A stretch of DNA of 64,000 nucleotides, from positions 35,868 through 99,867 of the forward strand of contig JAMCSX010000017.1 of NCBI GenBank assembly GCA_023379055.1. The letters run 5' to 3'. The notes under the pieces were generated by a model. It was not told the DNA's origin and did not search any database. It saw only the letters and a program-made list of their open reading frames with translations. The DNA comes from Candidatus Marsarchaeota archaeon. Lineage in GTDB: Archaea; Micrarchaeota; Micrarchaeia; Micrarchaeales; CABMGC01. The translations under genes were made by a program, and so were the position numbers. This document shows, in pieces, positions 48,791-57,307 of the stretch; positions within the stretch are counted from its first letter, which is position 1; every line of letters begins with the position of its first letter.

Positions 48791-49495
48791 ATGAAAACCG
48801 ATGCCTTCCTGTTTGTAATAGCCGTATTGGCAGTGCTTGTAGTTGGGGCTATGCTTGCATTAAGCATTCTCTATCCAAACGGAGCGCAGGGACCCCAGCA
48901 GGCGAGGCGCATATCCATAAGCGCATCTGGAATAGCTTATGCATCGCCGAGCATGGCAACTATGTATGTAATGATCAACGGAAGTGGTTATACACCTGCC
49001 ATGGCAACGGCAAACCTGTCTGACACCATGAACGCATTCAATTCGACTGTGCTGAAGTACATAGAGGGCAACGTGAGCGGGATAACAACGCAGTCGTACT
49101 CGATGCGAAAGGTGTACAATAGGACGGCATACCAGGCCACGGAGTTTGTGACAGTGTCAATACCAGACATAGGGAATGTAAGCCCGCTTCTTGGATCCAT
49201 ATCATCAATAAACAATGTATATGTTGATCAGGTAGAGGCGCGGCTCTCTGGAAACCAGACTAGCGCAATGATCAATGATGCGCTTTCAATGGCAGTCCAG
49301 AATGCAACGTCACAGGCGCGGGAGATAGCCGGGAACAGCACGCTTACCATAACAAACGTATCGGTGTATGGCACACCAAGGTATTTCTATTATCCGCTTG
49401 CTGCAGCTGCCGAGGCCGGAACCAATGGACAGCTATATTTCAATGGTCGGCAAGGCGTGCGCGAGACAGTGAGCATTGAATTCTTGTACAGGTAG
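48791..49495 (+). CDS. SIMPL (DUF541) domain protein
   Basis: N-terminal TM, ISISASG...P, ALSMAVQNATSQAREIA. Confidence 0.8.
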   Translation: MKTDAFLFVIAVLAVLVVGAMLALSILYPNGAQGPQQARRISISASGIAYASPSMATMYVMINGSGYTPAMATANLSDTMNAFNSTVLKYIEGNVSGITTQSYSMRKVYNRTAYQATEFVTVSIPDIGNVSPLLGSISSINNVYVDQVEARLSGNQTSAMINDALSMAVQNATSQAREIAGNSTLTITNVSVYGTPRYFYYPLAAAAEAGTNGQLYFNGRQGVRETVSIEFLYR

Positions 49496-49497
49496 CG

Positions 49498-50033
49498 TCA
49501 GTGGAGTGACTTCATGTATTTGCGCAGCCCAGACATGCGCTGGGTAAGCTCCGCTTTGTTGCCACTTCTCTTACAAGCCCGCTCCACTCCTTTGCGCGCG
49601 ACACGAAGAGCCTGTCAGCTCTGCACGCGCTGGGCACTGATACCTGAAGATATACATACAGCTCAGGGCTTGATTCCACTATGCTTGATACAAATGGCAT
49701 TAGGAATCTGAAGCTCGTGCTGCTCGACCCTGAAAATCTTTGTATCCTCAGCAACTTCCACGAATCTGCGGTGACAAAACCGACAAAATATGTAAGAAAT
49801 AGCACTGTGCCCATCATCTCATCGTGCTTTCTTGGCGACATGACCAGCGTCCTGAACCCCTTTGGCCCAAGATAGTGGCCCATGGCTGACGAAAGCCTTG
49901 CCTCTTTCCCGTTTGTAGGGGTTAGTGTTATATTCTGCCCAGTCGCTTCTGCAGATGGACCGAACATCGGGTGCACCCCGAGAATAGCGCCATGCTTTAT
50001 GTACCTATGCATCATCTTCACGGGAAATACGGA
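49498..50033 (-). pseudogene. tyrA: Prephenate dehydrogenase remnant
   Basis: HPMFGP and HDEMM present; N-terminal Rossmann GxGxxG missing; apparent frameshift near 49565 before GNKAELTQRMSGLRKYMKSLH*. Confidence 0.75.
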
Positions 50034-50861
50034 CTAAGCATGCCTATCGAACCTTGCCCGCTTGTATGATCCAAGCACCTTTACGAAATCCGAAGATTCG
50101 CAGAGCTCCTTGACCGCATCCCTCATCTTCTTCTCCCAGATGCCCGAATCGCAGTCTATATAGAAATTGTACTCCCATGGAGTTCCGGGAATTGGCCTTG
50201 ACTGTATGTAAAGAAGATTGACCTTGTTGTGTGCAAACGCGTTAAGCGCCGTGAACAGGGACCCTGACTTGTTCTTTGCACTGAATGTTATGGCTGTCTT
50301 GTCAGGATTATCCACATCCCCGGATTTCGAGATTATCAGGAAACGGGTGTAGTTATGGCGGTTAGACTGTATGTCCCTTGCAAGCACATTCAAGCCATAA
50401 ATCTTTGCTGCCCTGGCGCTGGCTATTGCTGCAGCATCCCTGATTCTCGATCCTGCAAGCATCTTTGCACTTCCTGCAGTGTCGTAAAAGGGAACGGATT
50501 CAAGCCTATGGCGTTCTATGTAGTCGCGGCACTGTGCCAGTGCCTGCTGATGTGAATACACGAACTTCAGGTTTGCCAGCTTAACGCCCCTTTGGGCCAT
50601 AAGACAGTGGGATATCCTGACTATGTCTTCCCCGATTATCGAAAGGTCTGATTGAAGGAGCAAGTCGTAGGTCTGGGTAACCGCACCCTCTATTGAATTC
50701 TCTATCGGCACTACGCCGAAATCTGATTCAGATTCTACTGATTCGAACACCTCCGGAAGGAACTTGCAGTACCTTAGCCCTATTTTCCCGCCACCGAAAT
50801 ACTGCAACGCGGCCTGCTCGCTGTATGACCCGGTCTCGCCATATATGGATATCCGCTTCAT
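50034..50861 (-). CDS. pheA: Prephenate dehydratase with ACT domain
   Basis: GSYSEQAA, PIENSIEG, SHQQALAQC, NYTRF, SRP, VLGSY. Confidence 0.93.
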   Translation of the reverse strand: MKRISIYGETGSYSEQAALQYFGGGKIGLRYCKFLPEVFESVESESDFGVVPIENSIEGAVTQTYDLLLQSDLSIIGEDIVRISHCLMAQRGVKLANLKFVYSHQQALAQCRDYIERHRLESVPFYDTAGSAKMLAGSRIRDAAAIASARAAKIYGLNVLARDIQSNRHNYTRFLIISKSGDVDNPDKTAITFSAKNKSGSLFTALNAFAHNKVNLLYIQSRPIPGTPWEYNFYIDCDSGIWEKKMRDAVKELCESSDFVKVLGSYKRARFDRHA

Positions 50862-51012
50862 AATAACAGCCCCTCTGCACCCAACATCTGATTGCAGAAT
50901 TACGCAGCTAACTTATATAGTTACAAGTTTTAATATCTTATGCGCAGGTAGTAGCAGAAGGGTCTTGAACAGGCTAACTCACGGCAAGCCGTAGAGCATT
51001 TGTCGGGATTGG

Positions 51013-52317
51013 ATGAATAACGAAACTGGCAACGCAAAAAACCAGTTTAGGTGGATGTATCCATATTTAGTGTTTAGCATTGCGGCCGGACCACTCACGA
51101 CGCTGATACAGCTTTATATATTAAGAGTCGGCGGAGGAGTGCTAGATGTGTCATATGCAATAACATTTGCAAGCGCAATAACCATACCTGCAGTCTTCTT
51201 CTGGGGCATTGTAACGGACTTCGTAGACAAAAGAAAGGCCTTCCTCGTATTGGCATATCTTATAACAGCAATATTGATAGCCAGCCTCCTATTCATAACA
51301 AGCGTGTTTGGGATAATAGTGATCTATACGCTTATAGCATTCATAGGCGCAGCTACGGCTGCGCCTCTGGAACTTCTGGTGATGGAGACTGTGCAGAAGA
51401 GGAGATGGTCTCACAATTTTTCCGTGCTTCAGGCGCTTGGGTCTGCAGGAATGGTGGCAGGGTTGGTAATGGCTTGGATAATAACCGGCCAGTCTGACCT
51501 AGGCCTGCTCATAATTGCACTTGCAATAGTAGCGTTTGCCTCGGCAGGACTTGCAGCAGGATTGATGAGCGAGCCGCGCAGGGCACACAAGAGGCTATCT
51601 CTTTCGGGCCGTATCCACTTGTTCGTGTACAGGCTGATAGGGCTGCCGCATGTGCTCGTGAGGATACCAAACCCCGGTGACTTGAAGGATGCGTTCGGAT
51701 TCGGTAGGCGGGTGAAGGTTAAACGGAACTTCGTGCCGATGTTCTATGCAGCGTCATTTATCTTCTTCTTTGGCTCGTCAATATTCAATACTGAATATCC
51801 AGTCGGACTGGAGTTCTTCAATGTTAGCTCGTCGGCAATATTCTTTATCATGCTTTTTGCAATGATAATACAGTCAATCGTATTCTGGTACTACGGCCGT
51901 TTTGCAGCCCACAGGAAGCGGTACTGGGTGGCATCCGCGTCGCTATTCCTGCGTGGCATCGCATACGTAGCGATAGGGATGATGTTCATATACCTTTCAG
52001 GCCTCCTGTTTGAGTTCAGCAACCTGATAATTTATTCAATAGCAGCAGGAATGGCATATGCGGTGTATTATACGACTGCATACTCGCTCTTCTTCAATAC
52101 GCTGTCGGCCAAAGGCAGAGGCACTGCAATTGGGATATACACCGCAATTGCAGGAATCGGCACGTTTACTGGAGCGCTCGCCTCTGGAAATGCGGTAATT
52201 GCGCACGGATTTGGCGACACATTCATAATCGCAGGGCTGTTTATGTTCCTCGGCAGTTACATATTCGAATCACTTCCTCGCAGTAACGTTGTGGTAAGGC
52301 CGAGGCCATCAGGTTAG
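51013..52317 (+). CDS. MFS transporter
   Basis: About 12 hydrophobic helices; WGIVTDFVDKRK motif-A-like. Confidence 0.85.
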   Translation: MNNETGNAKNQFRWMYPYLVFSIAAGPLTTLIQLYILRVGGGVLDVSYAITFASAITIPAVFFWGIVTDFVDKRKAFLVLAYLITAILIASLLFITSVFGIIVIYTLIAFIGAATAAPLELLVMETVQKRRWSHNFSVLQALGSAGMVAGLVMAWIITGQSDLGLLIIALAIVAFASAGLAAGLMSEPRRAHKRLSLSGRIHLFVYRLIGLPHVLVRIPNPGDLKDAFGFGRRVKVKRNFVPMFYAASFIFFFGSSIFNTEYPVGLEFFNVSSSAIFFIMLFAMIIQSIVFWYYGRFAAHRKRYWVASASLFLRGIAYVAIGMMFIYLSGLLFEFSNLIIYSIAAGMAYAVYYTTAYSLFFNTLSAKGRGTAIGIYTAIAGIGTFTGALASGNAVIAHGFGDTFIIAGLFMFLGSYIFESLPRSNVVVRPRPSG

Positions 52318-52456
52318 CAGGTTGGCATGGCCAGCCCAGTTACTGTCAGGAATTTTCCGCCTGTACCAAAACAGAGTTCGCATCAATTCTGAGAGTGCAA
52401 TGCAAGGCCAACCGGCAGTGGCAGATTTAAGTATTCTATGCTTCAAATTATTATTT

Positions 52457-52762
52457 ATGAAGGAAGAGCAGGTAATAAGCAGGCTTGCCATATATACCAT
52501 AAAGAAGAACAAGGTCAAGTATGTCTCTGATGCCACAAGGGAATTCCTTGGCCAGGTGCATGATAAGGAGCATGGAATAGTGACATATAGGGTCTTCCAG
52601 AACAAGAAGAAACCGCATGAATTCATACATTTCATGGTCTTCAAGAACAGAAGGGCAGAGAAGCTTCACAAGTCTGCAAAGCACATGAAGAGGCTGGTAG
52701 ACATAATATATCCGAATTCCTCCAAGGAACCCGTATTTATTGACCTTAACAAGGTACATTGA
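52457..52762 (+). CDS. ABM-like (antibiotic biosynthesis monooxygenase fold) protein
   Basis: EHGIVTYRVFQ, FIHFMVF, H..AKHM; start at ATG 52457. Confidence 0.65.
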   Translation: MKEEQVISRLAIYTIKKNKVKYVSDATREFLGQVHDKEHGIVTYRVFQNKKKPHEFIHFMVFKNRRAEKLHKSAKHMKRLVDIIYPNSSKEPVFIDLNKVH

Positions 52763-53435
52763 GGGGCGGTGCAGAACCTGGAGGATCCTCATAGTTCCTT
52801 CGATATTAGATTCTGATTTTGGCAGCCTCGGGGAGGTGGTAAGGGAATTGGAGAGATGCAAGGCAGACGGTGTGCACATAGATGTAATGGACGGGATGTT
52901 TGTGCCTAACATAACAATGGGCCCTGCAGTGATATCAGCCGTGAGGAAAGGCACGCACATCCCATTTGAAGCGCATCTTATGATAGAAAACCCGGAGAGA
53001 TACATAAAGCAATTTTCAGAGGCGGGATCGGACAGGATAATTGTACATTATGAAGCCACAGCGGACATTAAGAAAGTGATAAGGTCCATACGGATGTGCG
53101 GTGCAGAACCTGGAATTGCGATAAATCCGGAGACCAGTTTCAAGTCGGTTAGCAGATATGTGGACAGCATCCATACACTGTTGGTGATGAGCGTACATCC
53201 CGGCTTCGGCGGCCAGAAGTTCATTGATAGATCACTCAGAAAGATTGCTGAGGCGCGGGACTTCAAGAGCATGAACGGCTGTGATTTTGCCATAGCCGTT
53301 GATGGTGGGATAGATCTGAAAACCGGAAAAGACGCAGTCTCAGCAGGAGCAGAAGAGCTCTGCCCTGGTTCTGCAGTCTTCAGATCAGGAAACATACCGA
53401 ATGCCATGAAAAAATTCAGAATGCTTGGAAAATAG
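52740..53435 (+). CDS. rpe: Ribulose-phosphate 3-epimerase (start uncertain)
   Basis: PSILDSDF, HIDVMDGMFVPN, AHLMI, MSVHPGFGGQ, VDGGI. Confidence 0.92.
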   Translation: MTLTRYIEGRCRTWRILIVPSILDSDFGSLGEVVRELERCKADGVHIDVMDGMFVPNITMGPAVISAVRKGTHIPFEAHLMIENPERYIKQFSEAGSDRIIVHYEATADIKKVIRSIRMCGAEPGIAINPETSFKSVSRYVDSIHTLLVMSVHPGFGGQKFIDRSLRKIAEARDFKSMNGCDFAIAVDGGIDLKTGKDAVSAGAEELCPGSAVFRSGNIPNAMKKFRMLGK

Positions 53436-53515
53436 ATTTGCTTTGGCCAAAAAGGGGATTTTGCTTGGTGCTTTTGGATTTTTAGCCGACTGATATCAAA
53501 ATATTGAACGACGAT

Positions 53516-53528
53516 CTTAGGAGGGGAT
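53516..53528. repeat. 13-nt copy of the tRNA-Thr(TGT) 3' region (att-like)
   Basis: CTTAGGAGGGGAT identical to 55193-55205, same orientation. Confidence 0.65.
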
Positions 53529-53538
53529 GGGAAAATAA

Positions 53539-53576
53539 TTCAACCACCAACGGGGTTGGTGGAATGCTCTAGGTAT
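53539..53576 (-). mobile_element. Solo IS200-type end, homologous to 22383-22420
   Basis: 34/38 identical, with a compensatory C-G to A-T change in the stem. Confidence 0.8.
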
Positions 53577-53599
53577 ACTACATTGATATCCCATACATA

Positions 53600-53758
53600 T
53601 CATTTCGCATATTCTTCGGGTGCCTTATCAAACTTTTCTTTGCATCCAAGAGAGCAGAAACGGTACTCATCGCCGGTCTTGGACGAGAAGATGGCCTTTG
53701 CAGATGCACGGCCTTGATGCACAGGCATAACTCAGGAGACTATTGCTTTCGAATTCAT
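53600..53758 (-). pseudogene. YHS/TRASH metal-binding domain pseudogene
   Basis: MNSKAIVS*VMPV...YRFCSLGCKEKFDKAPEEYAK; in-frame TGA at 53732-53734. Confidence 0.7.
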
Positions 53759-53792
53759 ACCATAGCTTAACAAGTACCGGATTTCTATGTTA

Positions 53793-54560
53793 TTAAAGTC
53801 CATCTTCAATAAGTAGTTCTGACGACATATTCATTATTTTATTCCAATTGGCTATTTTTAATCTTTTAAGTTTCTTTCGTAGTATAAGGTATGCAAGGGT
53901 ATAGCCTGCCCAGTGCGGAAATTCCTTATCGTCTGGACTTAAGAAGACCCTGTAATGAAGGTCTCTGCTTTTAATATCCAATTTCCCATTCAGTTTTGCC
54001 CACGTTTTTTGGGCCTGAGAGTTTGTTATGGCTGTTGACCAAGGCCTTATTGTTCCAACGCTATCCTCCTCAAAACACTGAGCTAGGCCTTCTAGGACTA
54101 GACTATCTAGGAGAGTAAAGTATCTAGGCAATTTGATTCTTTGGAATCTTATCGCATGATTGAATTCATGTGCAACCGTACCTATTATATACTTCTTCCA
54201 TTTAGATTTGATATTTATTGTGAGAAACAAAGTGTATGCGTTTTGTGTATAACCCGCTATTCCGCCCATTTTATCCTTAACAAATTCATCCTGAGTAGAA
54301 GAAGCAATAATTACTATATCATTTTCAATCTTTAGTAATTTTGATGCCGTCAGTAGACCCTTCTTTAAGAAGGGTATTGTTTTTTGCAGATTCATCTCAT
54401 AGTTTATTATGATTTTATAATTTCCAATTTTTAAATGTGAGACATCAAAATGCCTACCAACATCCCCAACGAGCTTACTTTGATTAGGAGTCATCTTTCT
54501 TGTCTCCATTTCTGTTTTTGTTGCAATCATATTCTCGCCTACTATAATATGTTCGTTCAT
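53793..54560 (-). CDS. DUF2268-like predicted Zn-dependent protease
   Basis: GGIAGYT, AHEFNH, EGLAQ, P.WAGY; AT-rich. Confidence 0.82.
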   Translation of the reverse strand: MNEHIIVGENMIATKTEMETRKMTPNQSKLVGDVGRHFDVSHLKIGNYKIIINYEMNLQKTIPFLKKGLLTASKLLKIENDIVIIASSTQDEFVKDKMGGIAGYTQNAYTLFLTINIKSKWKKYIIGTVAHEFNHAIRFQRIKLPRYFTLLDSLVLEGLAQCFEEDSVGTIRPWSTAITNSQAQKTWAKLNGKLDIKSRDLHYRVFLSPDDKEFPHWAGYTLAYLILRKKLKRLKIANWNKIMNMSSELLIEDGL

Positions 54561-54604
54561 ATTATTAATGCTTTCAGTCGTATTTTCCCGATATATTGTC
54601 CTGA

Positions 54605-54790
54605 GAGTACTTATTTAATCGTGACATCCTCCCACCGATAAATCGTGTGGGCTTCCAATGATTGATGATTTTTATGAAAAACCAAAAACCAAATATAGTT
54701 CTCAATTCAACGACACAGCTTGCAACTGTCGACTTTGCAGTTGTAGAGGCAAATATCTCCAAGAGAGTTAATTCGGGTGCGTCCCACCCT
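54605..54790 (-). ncRNA. Putative TnpB omegaRNA/reRNA-like scaffold plus flanking guide
   Basis: Hairpins GGGTG/CACCC, CAACTG/CAGTTG and the right-end stem; order and wording resemble tnpB 3'-end sequences; recognised by eye only. Confidence 0.55.
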
Positions 54791-54817
54791 CCCACGACTA
54801 AAGCCCGTGGGCTTTCC
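54621..54817 (-). mobile_element. 197-bp non-autonomous IS605/IS1341-type element without tnpA/tnpB
   Basis: Minus strand: TTAT|GGAAAGCCCACGGGCTTTAGTCGTGGGAG ... GGAAGCCCACACGATTTATCGGTGGGAGGATGTCAC; two related end hairpins. Confidence 0.8.
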
Positions 54818-55017
54818 ATAAGCTGATGAAACATGTCGCACAGCAACAATCGGTTCAACAACCGCATCTGGACGAATGAGCCCGTCTACAGGGACTCGCC
54901 TATTGGAGATCTGGAAAGAATCACGGTTAGTGGCATCTCTCCGCTCCAACAGGGATTTTATGGCAATATTCAAACTTGCCTCGTCTTTCCAGAGCCTGTT
55001 GAATTCAGAATTCTCCT

Positions 55018-55173
55018 TCAAAGAAAAGTCCCTGGGAATTCTACCCTTCTTGGCAGTAATTCCATCAATCTGCTTTCTTCAAGGTCTTTCATTCCGTGTT
55101 TAAGCCAAGTTCCTATCTCGATATCAAAATCCTTTGCCATTATGTCGGGTTTATCCTCTCCAGGCTTTGCTCT
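55018..55173 (-). pseudogene. Decayed gene fragment next to the tRNA
   Basis: PGEDKPDIMAKDFDIEIGTWLKH, weakly PD-(D/E)xK-like; no full-length ORF. Confidence 0.25.
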
Positions 55174-55189
55174 TTAAGTCTTTTAGGTG

Positions 55190-55261
55190 AGCCTTAGGAG
55201 GGGATCGAACCCCCGACTTCCGGTTTACAAAACCGGCGCTCTACCACTGAGCTACTAAGGC
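55190..55261 (-). tRNA. tRNA-Thr(TGT)
   Basis: Acceptor GCCTTAG/CTAAGGC, anticodon arm CCGGT-TTTGTAA-ACCGG, T arm GGGGG-TTCGATC-CCCTC. Confidence 0.95.
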
Positions 55262-55370
55262 ACAGTAAAGAATATGCAGGTGCAGATTTTAAACGTTTGC
55301 GTGATGATAGAGGGGTATTGCACTCTTTAGGTTATTTAAAGATTTTTGCAGATAAAATATGCAATAGGCA

Positions 55371-56717
55371 GTGGGTGTTTTGCCGCTGCACATGGGTTTT
55401 GTTTTGAGCTACAGGATGGGGATAGGACTTGCAGTTGCACTGTGCCTCAGCGCGATAATAGGTGACACGCTCTTCGTGTTCACAGGTGTGCCCATAACTG
55501 AAATAGGCGCAAACTCCATAATGGCATACGTTATTGTTGGAATAATCGCCATCATCATAGCAATGCAGCTTGGTGAGCTAAGCTCCATAATGCCACATGA
55601 GAAGGGGGGCCCGTATTCATATGTGACGAAATCGTTTGGCAGCGAACTTGGCTTCGTTACTGGAATACTGCTGTTTATAGGCTACTGTGCAATAGTCGCT
55701 GCGGTAACTCTCGGATTCGGAAGCTACTTCCTGTCGCTTTTCGGCCTTGGAGGTACAGCTGCGCACATTTCGATTGCAATAGTACTCATAATCGCAATAT
55801 CCATTATAAACATGCGGGGCGTTAAGAGCGCTGTGGAACTCAACAAGATGCTGATTGCCATAACTCTGCTTACTGCTGCATTGTTCTTTATATTTGCCGT
55901 GTTTTACGGACATGATCACGGTTCGCTTGCAACCAATTTCATCGGCAGCGCGGCGCAGAACATGCCAGGCGCATTTTTTCAGGCAATAACCGCAATTGTG
56001 TTTGCATTCGCAGGATTTCAGATAATAGTGACCCTGACGGATAACGTAAAGGGGCTCGGAAAGGGAGTGACTAGGGCAATGGTTTATGCGATACTGATAA
56101 GCATAGTTGCTTACATAGCGATAACATTCGGGCTGCTTATGATGCTTCGCGCATCCAGTTTCACGATAACAAGCGAACCGCTGTTATATGCTCTGAGCAG
56201 CGTACACGCACCATCCATAGTCGTGATACTTGTGGACTTTGGCACCCTGTTCGCCATAGCAGCGTCCGTGATTGCAATAATATTCACTGCCTCCAGGCTG
56301 TTCTTCCAGATAGGAAATGACGGGCTTCTGCCCGGGATCACGCGCAGATTCGACAGGAAAAGGGGCGTTGCAACAAGCGGAGTGGTTATGACGTCGCTCG
56401 TATCCATAATGATACTGTTCTCTGGAAACCTGTACACCATACTCTCCATAAGCAACTTCGGCATGATATTCTCCTGGCTCATGTCCTGTTTCGCTGTAAT
56501 AAACATGAGAAGAAGAAAGAAGATCGGCGAGTATTCATCTCCGTATTATCCCTACCTAACGATGGTCGGGATAATAGCATGCCTTATATTCATCTTTGGA
56601 CTGCCGAGCATAAGCCTTGCCATAGGGGTCATAGTCCTGCTGTTCCTGATACTCGTGTACTATATAATAGTGGAGATAAAGTACAGGGAGGTACCGCGCG
56701 TGCGTCTTTTTGATTAG
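55371..56717 (+). CDS. APC family amino acid/polyamine permease
   Basis: ELSSIMP..GGPYSY, FAFAGFQ, SRLFF..G.DGLLP; about 12 TMs. Confidence 0.9.
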   Translation: MGVLPLHMGFVLSYRMGIGLAVALCLSAIIGDTLFVFTGVPITEIGANSIMAYVIVGIIAIIIAMQLGELSSIMPHEKGGPYSYVTKSFGSELGFVTGILLFIGYCAIVAAVTLGFGSYFLSLFGLGGTAAHISIAIVLIIAISIINMRGVKSAVELNKMLIAITLLTAALFFIFAVFYGHDHGSLATNFIGSAAQNMPGAFFQAITAIVFAFAGFQIIVTLTDNVKGLGKGVTRAMVYAILISIVAYIAITFGLLMMLRASSFTITSEPLLYALSSVHAPSIVVILVDFGTLFAIAASVIAIIFTASRLFFQIGNDGLLPGITRRFDRKRGVATSGVVMTSLVSIMILFSGNLYTILSISNFGMIFSWLMSCFAVINMRRRKKIGEYSSPYYPYLTMVGIIACLIFIFGLPSISLAIGVIVLLFLILVYYIIVEIKYREVPRVRLFD

Positions 56718-56752
56718 GCATCGGGTTTTTGCAGCTTTTGATATCCTGTCTT

Positions 56753-57187
56753 TTAATCGCTGCTCCTGTTTGCATAGAATACCTGATGCCGTTTCGGCTT
56801 CAGTTTCTGCACTACGTGGTTGAATGCTGCATGCGGATCCGAATGCTCACCGCAGGTGTATATGTCTAGCGTTGCGTACTTGTATTCATTCCATGTATGG
56901 AGAGCAACATGGCTCTCCGTAACAAGCGCAATGCATGAGACCCCCCCTTTCTTGCCGCCAAAAGACCATGCCTTTATCTCTACCAGAGTCATCTTGGCCA
57001 TATCTACTGCCTCGAGCACAGCGGACTTTATATACTCCACATCTGTGGCAAGCTTTGGGTCAAGGTCGTACAGATTACCGAAAACATGTAGCCCAACGAT
57101 CCTGTCCTTTTCCATCTGAGGATAAGAGTCTTGTATCTGGATTCTCATCGGTTTTTGTATCGCGTCTTGTTTAGATGGTTTTGCCAT
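56753..57187 (-). CDS. speD: S-adenosylmethionine decarboxylase proenzyme family (pyruvoyl; arginine decarboxylase not excluded)
   Basis: [26 protein letters not shown]. Confidence 0.85.
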   Translation of the reverse strand: MAKPSKQDAIQKPMRIQIQDSYPQMEKDRIVGLHVFGNLYDLDPKLATDVEYIKSAVLEAVDMAKMTLVEIKAWSFGGKKGGVSCIALVTESHVALHTWNEYKYATLDIYTCGEHSDPHAAFNHVVQKLKPKRHQVFYANRSSD

Positions 57188-57307
57188 TCTATCTTGAACC
57201 TGGGTAGTTACAATCCTTAGTCATTTATACTTTTGCAGTATAATTATTGTAGGGGCATTAATTTAAATATATTCCCCAAATTTCTGACCAATAATACGCC
57301 GATTTTT

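Noticed and set aside
54574..55177. ORFs 54574-54867, 54707-55021 and 54833-55177 as real genes
   Set aside because: They run across the IS end hairpins and have no motifs; better explained as non-coding element plus debris.
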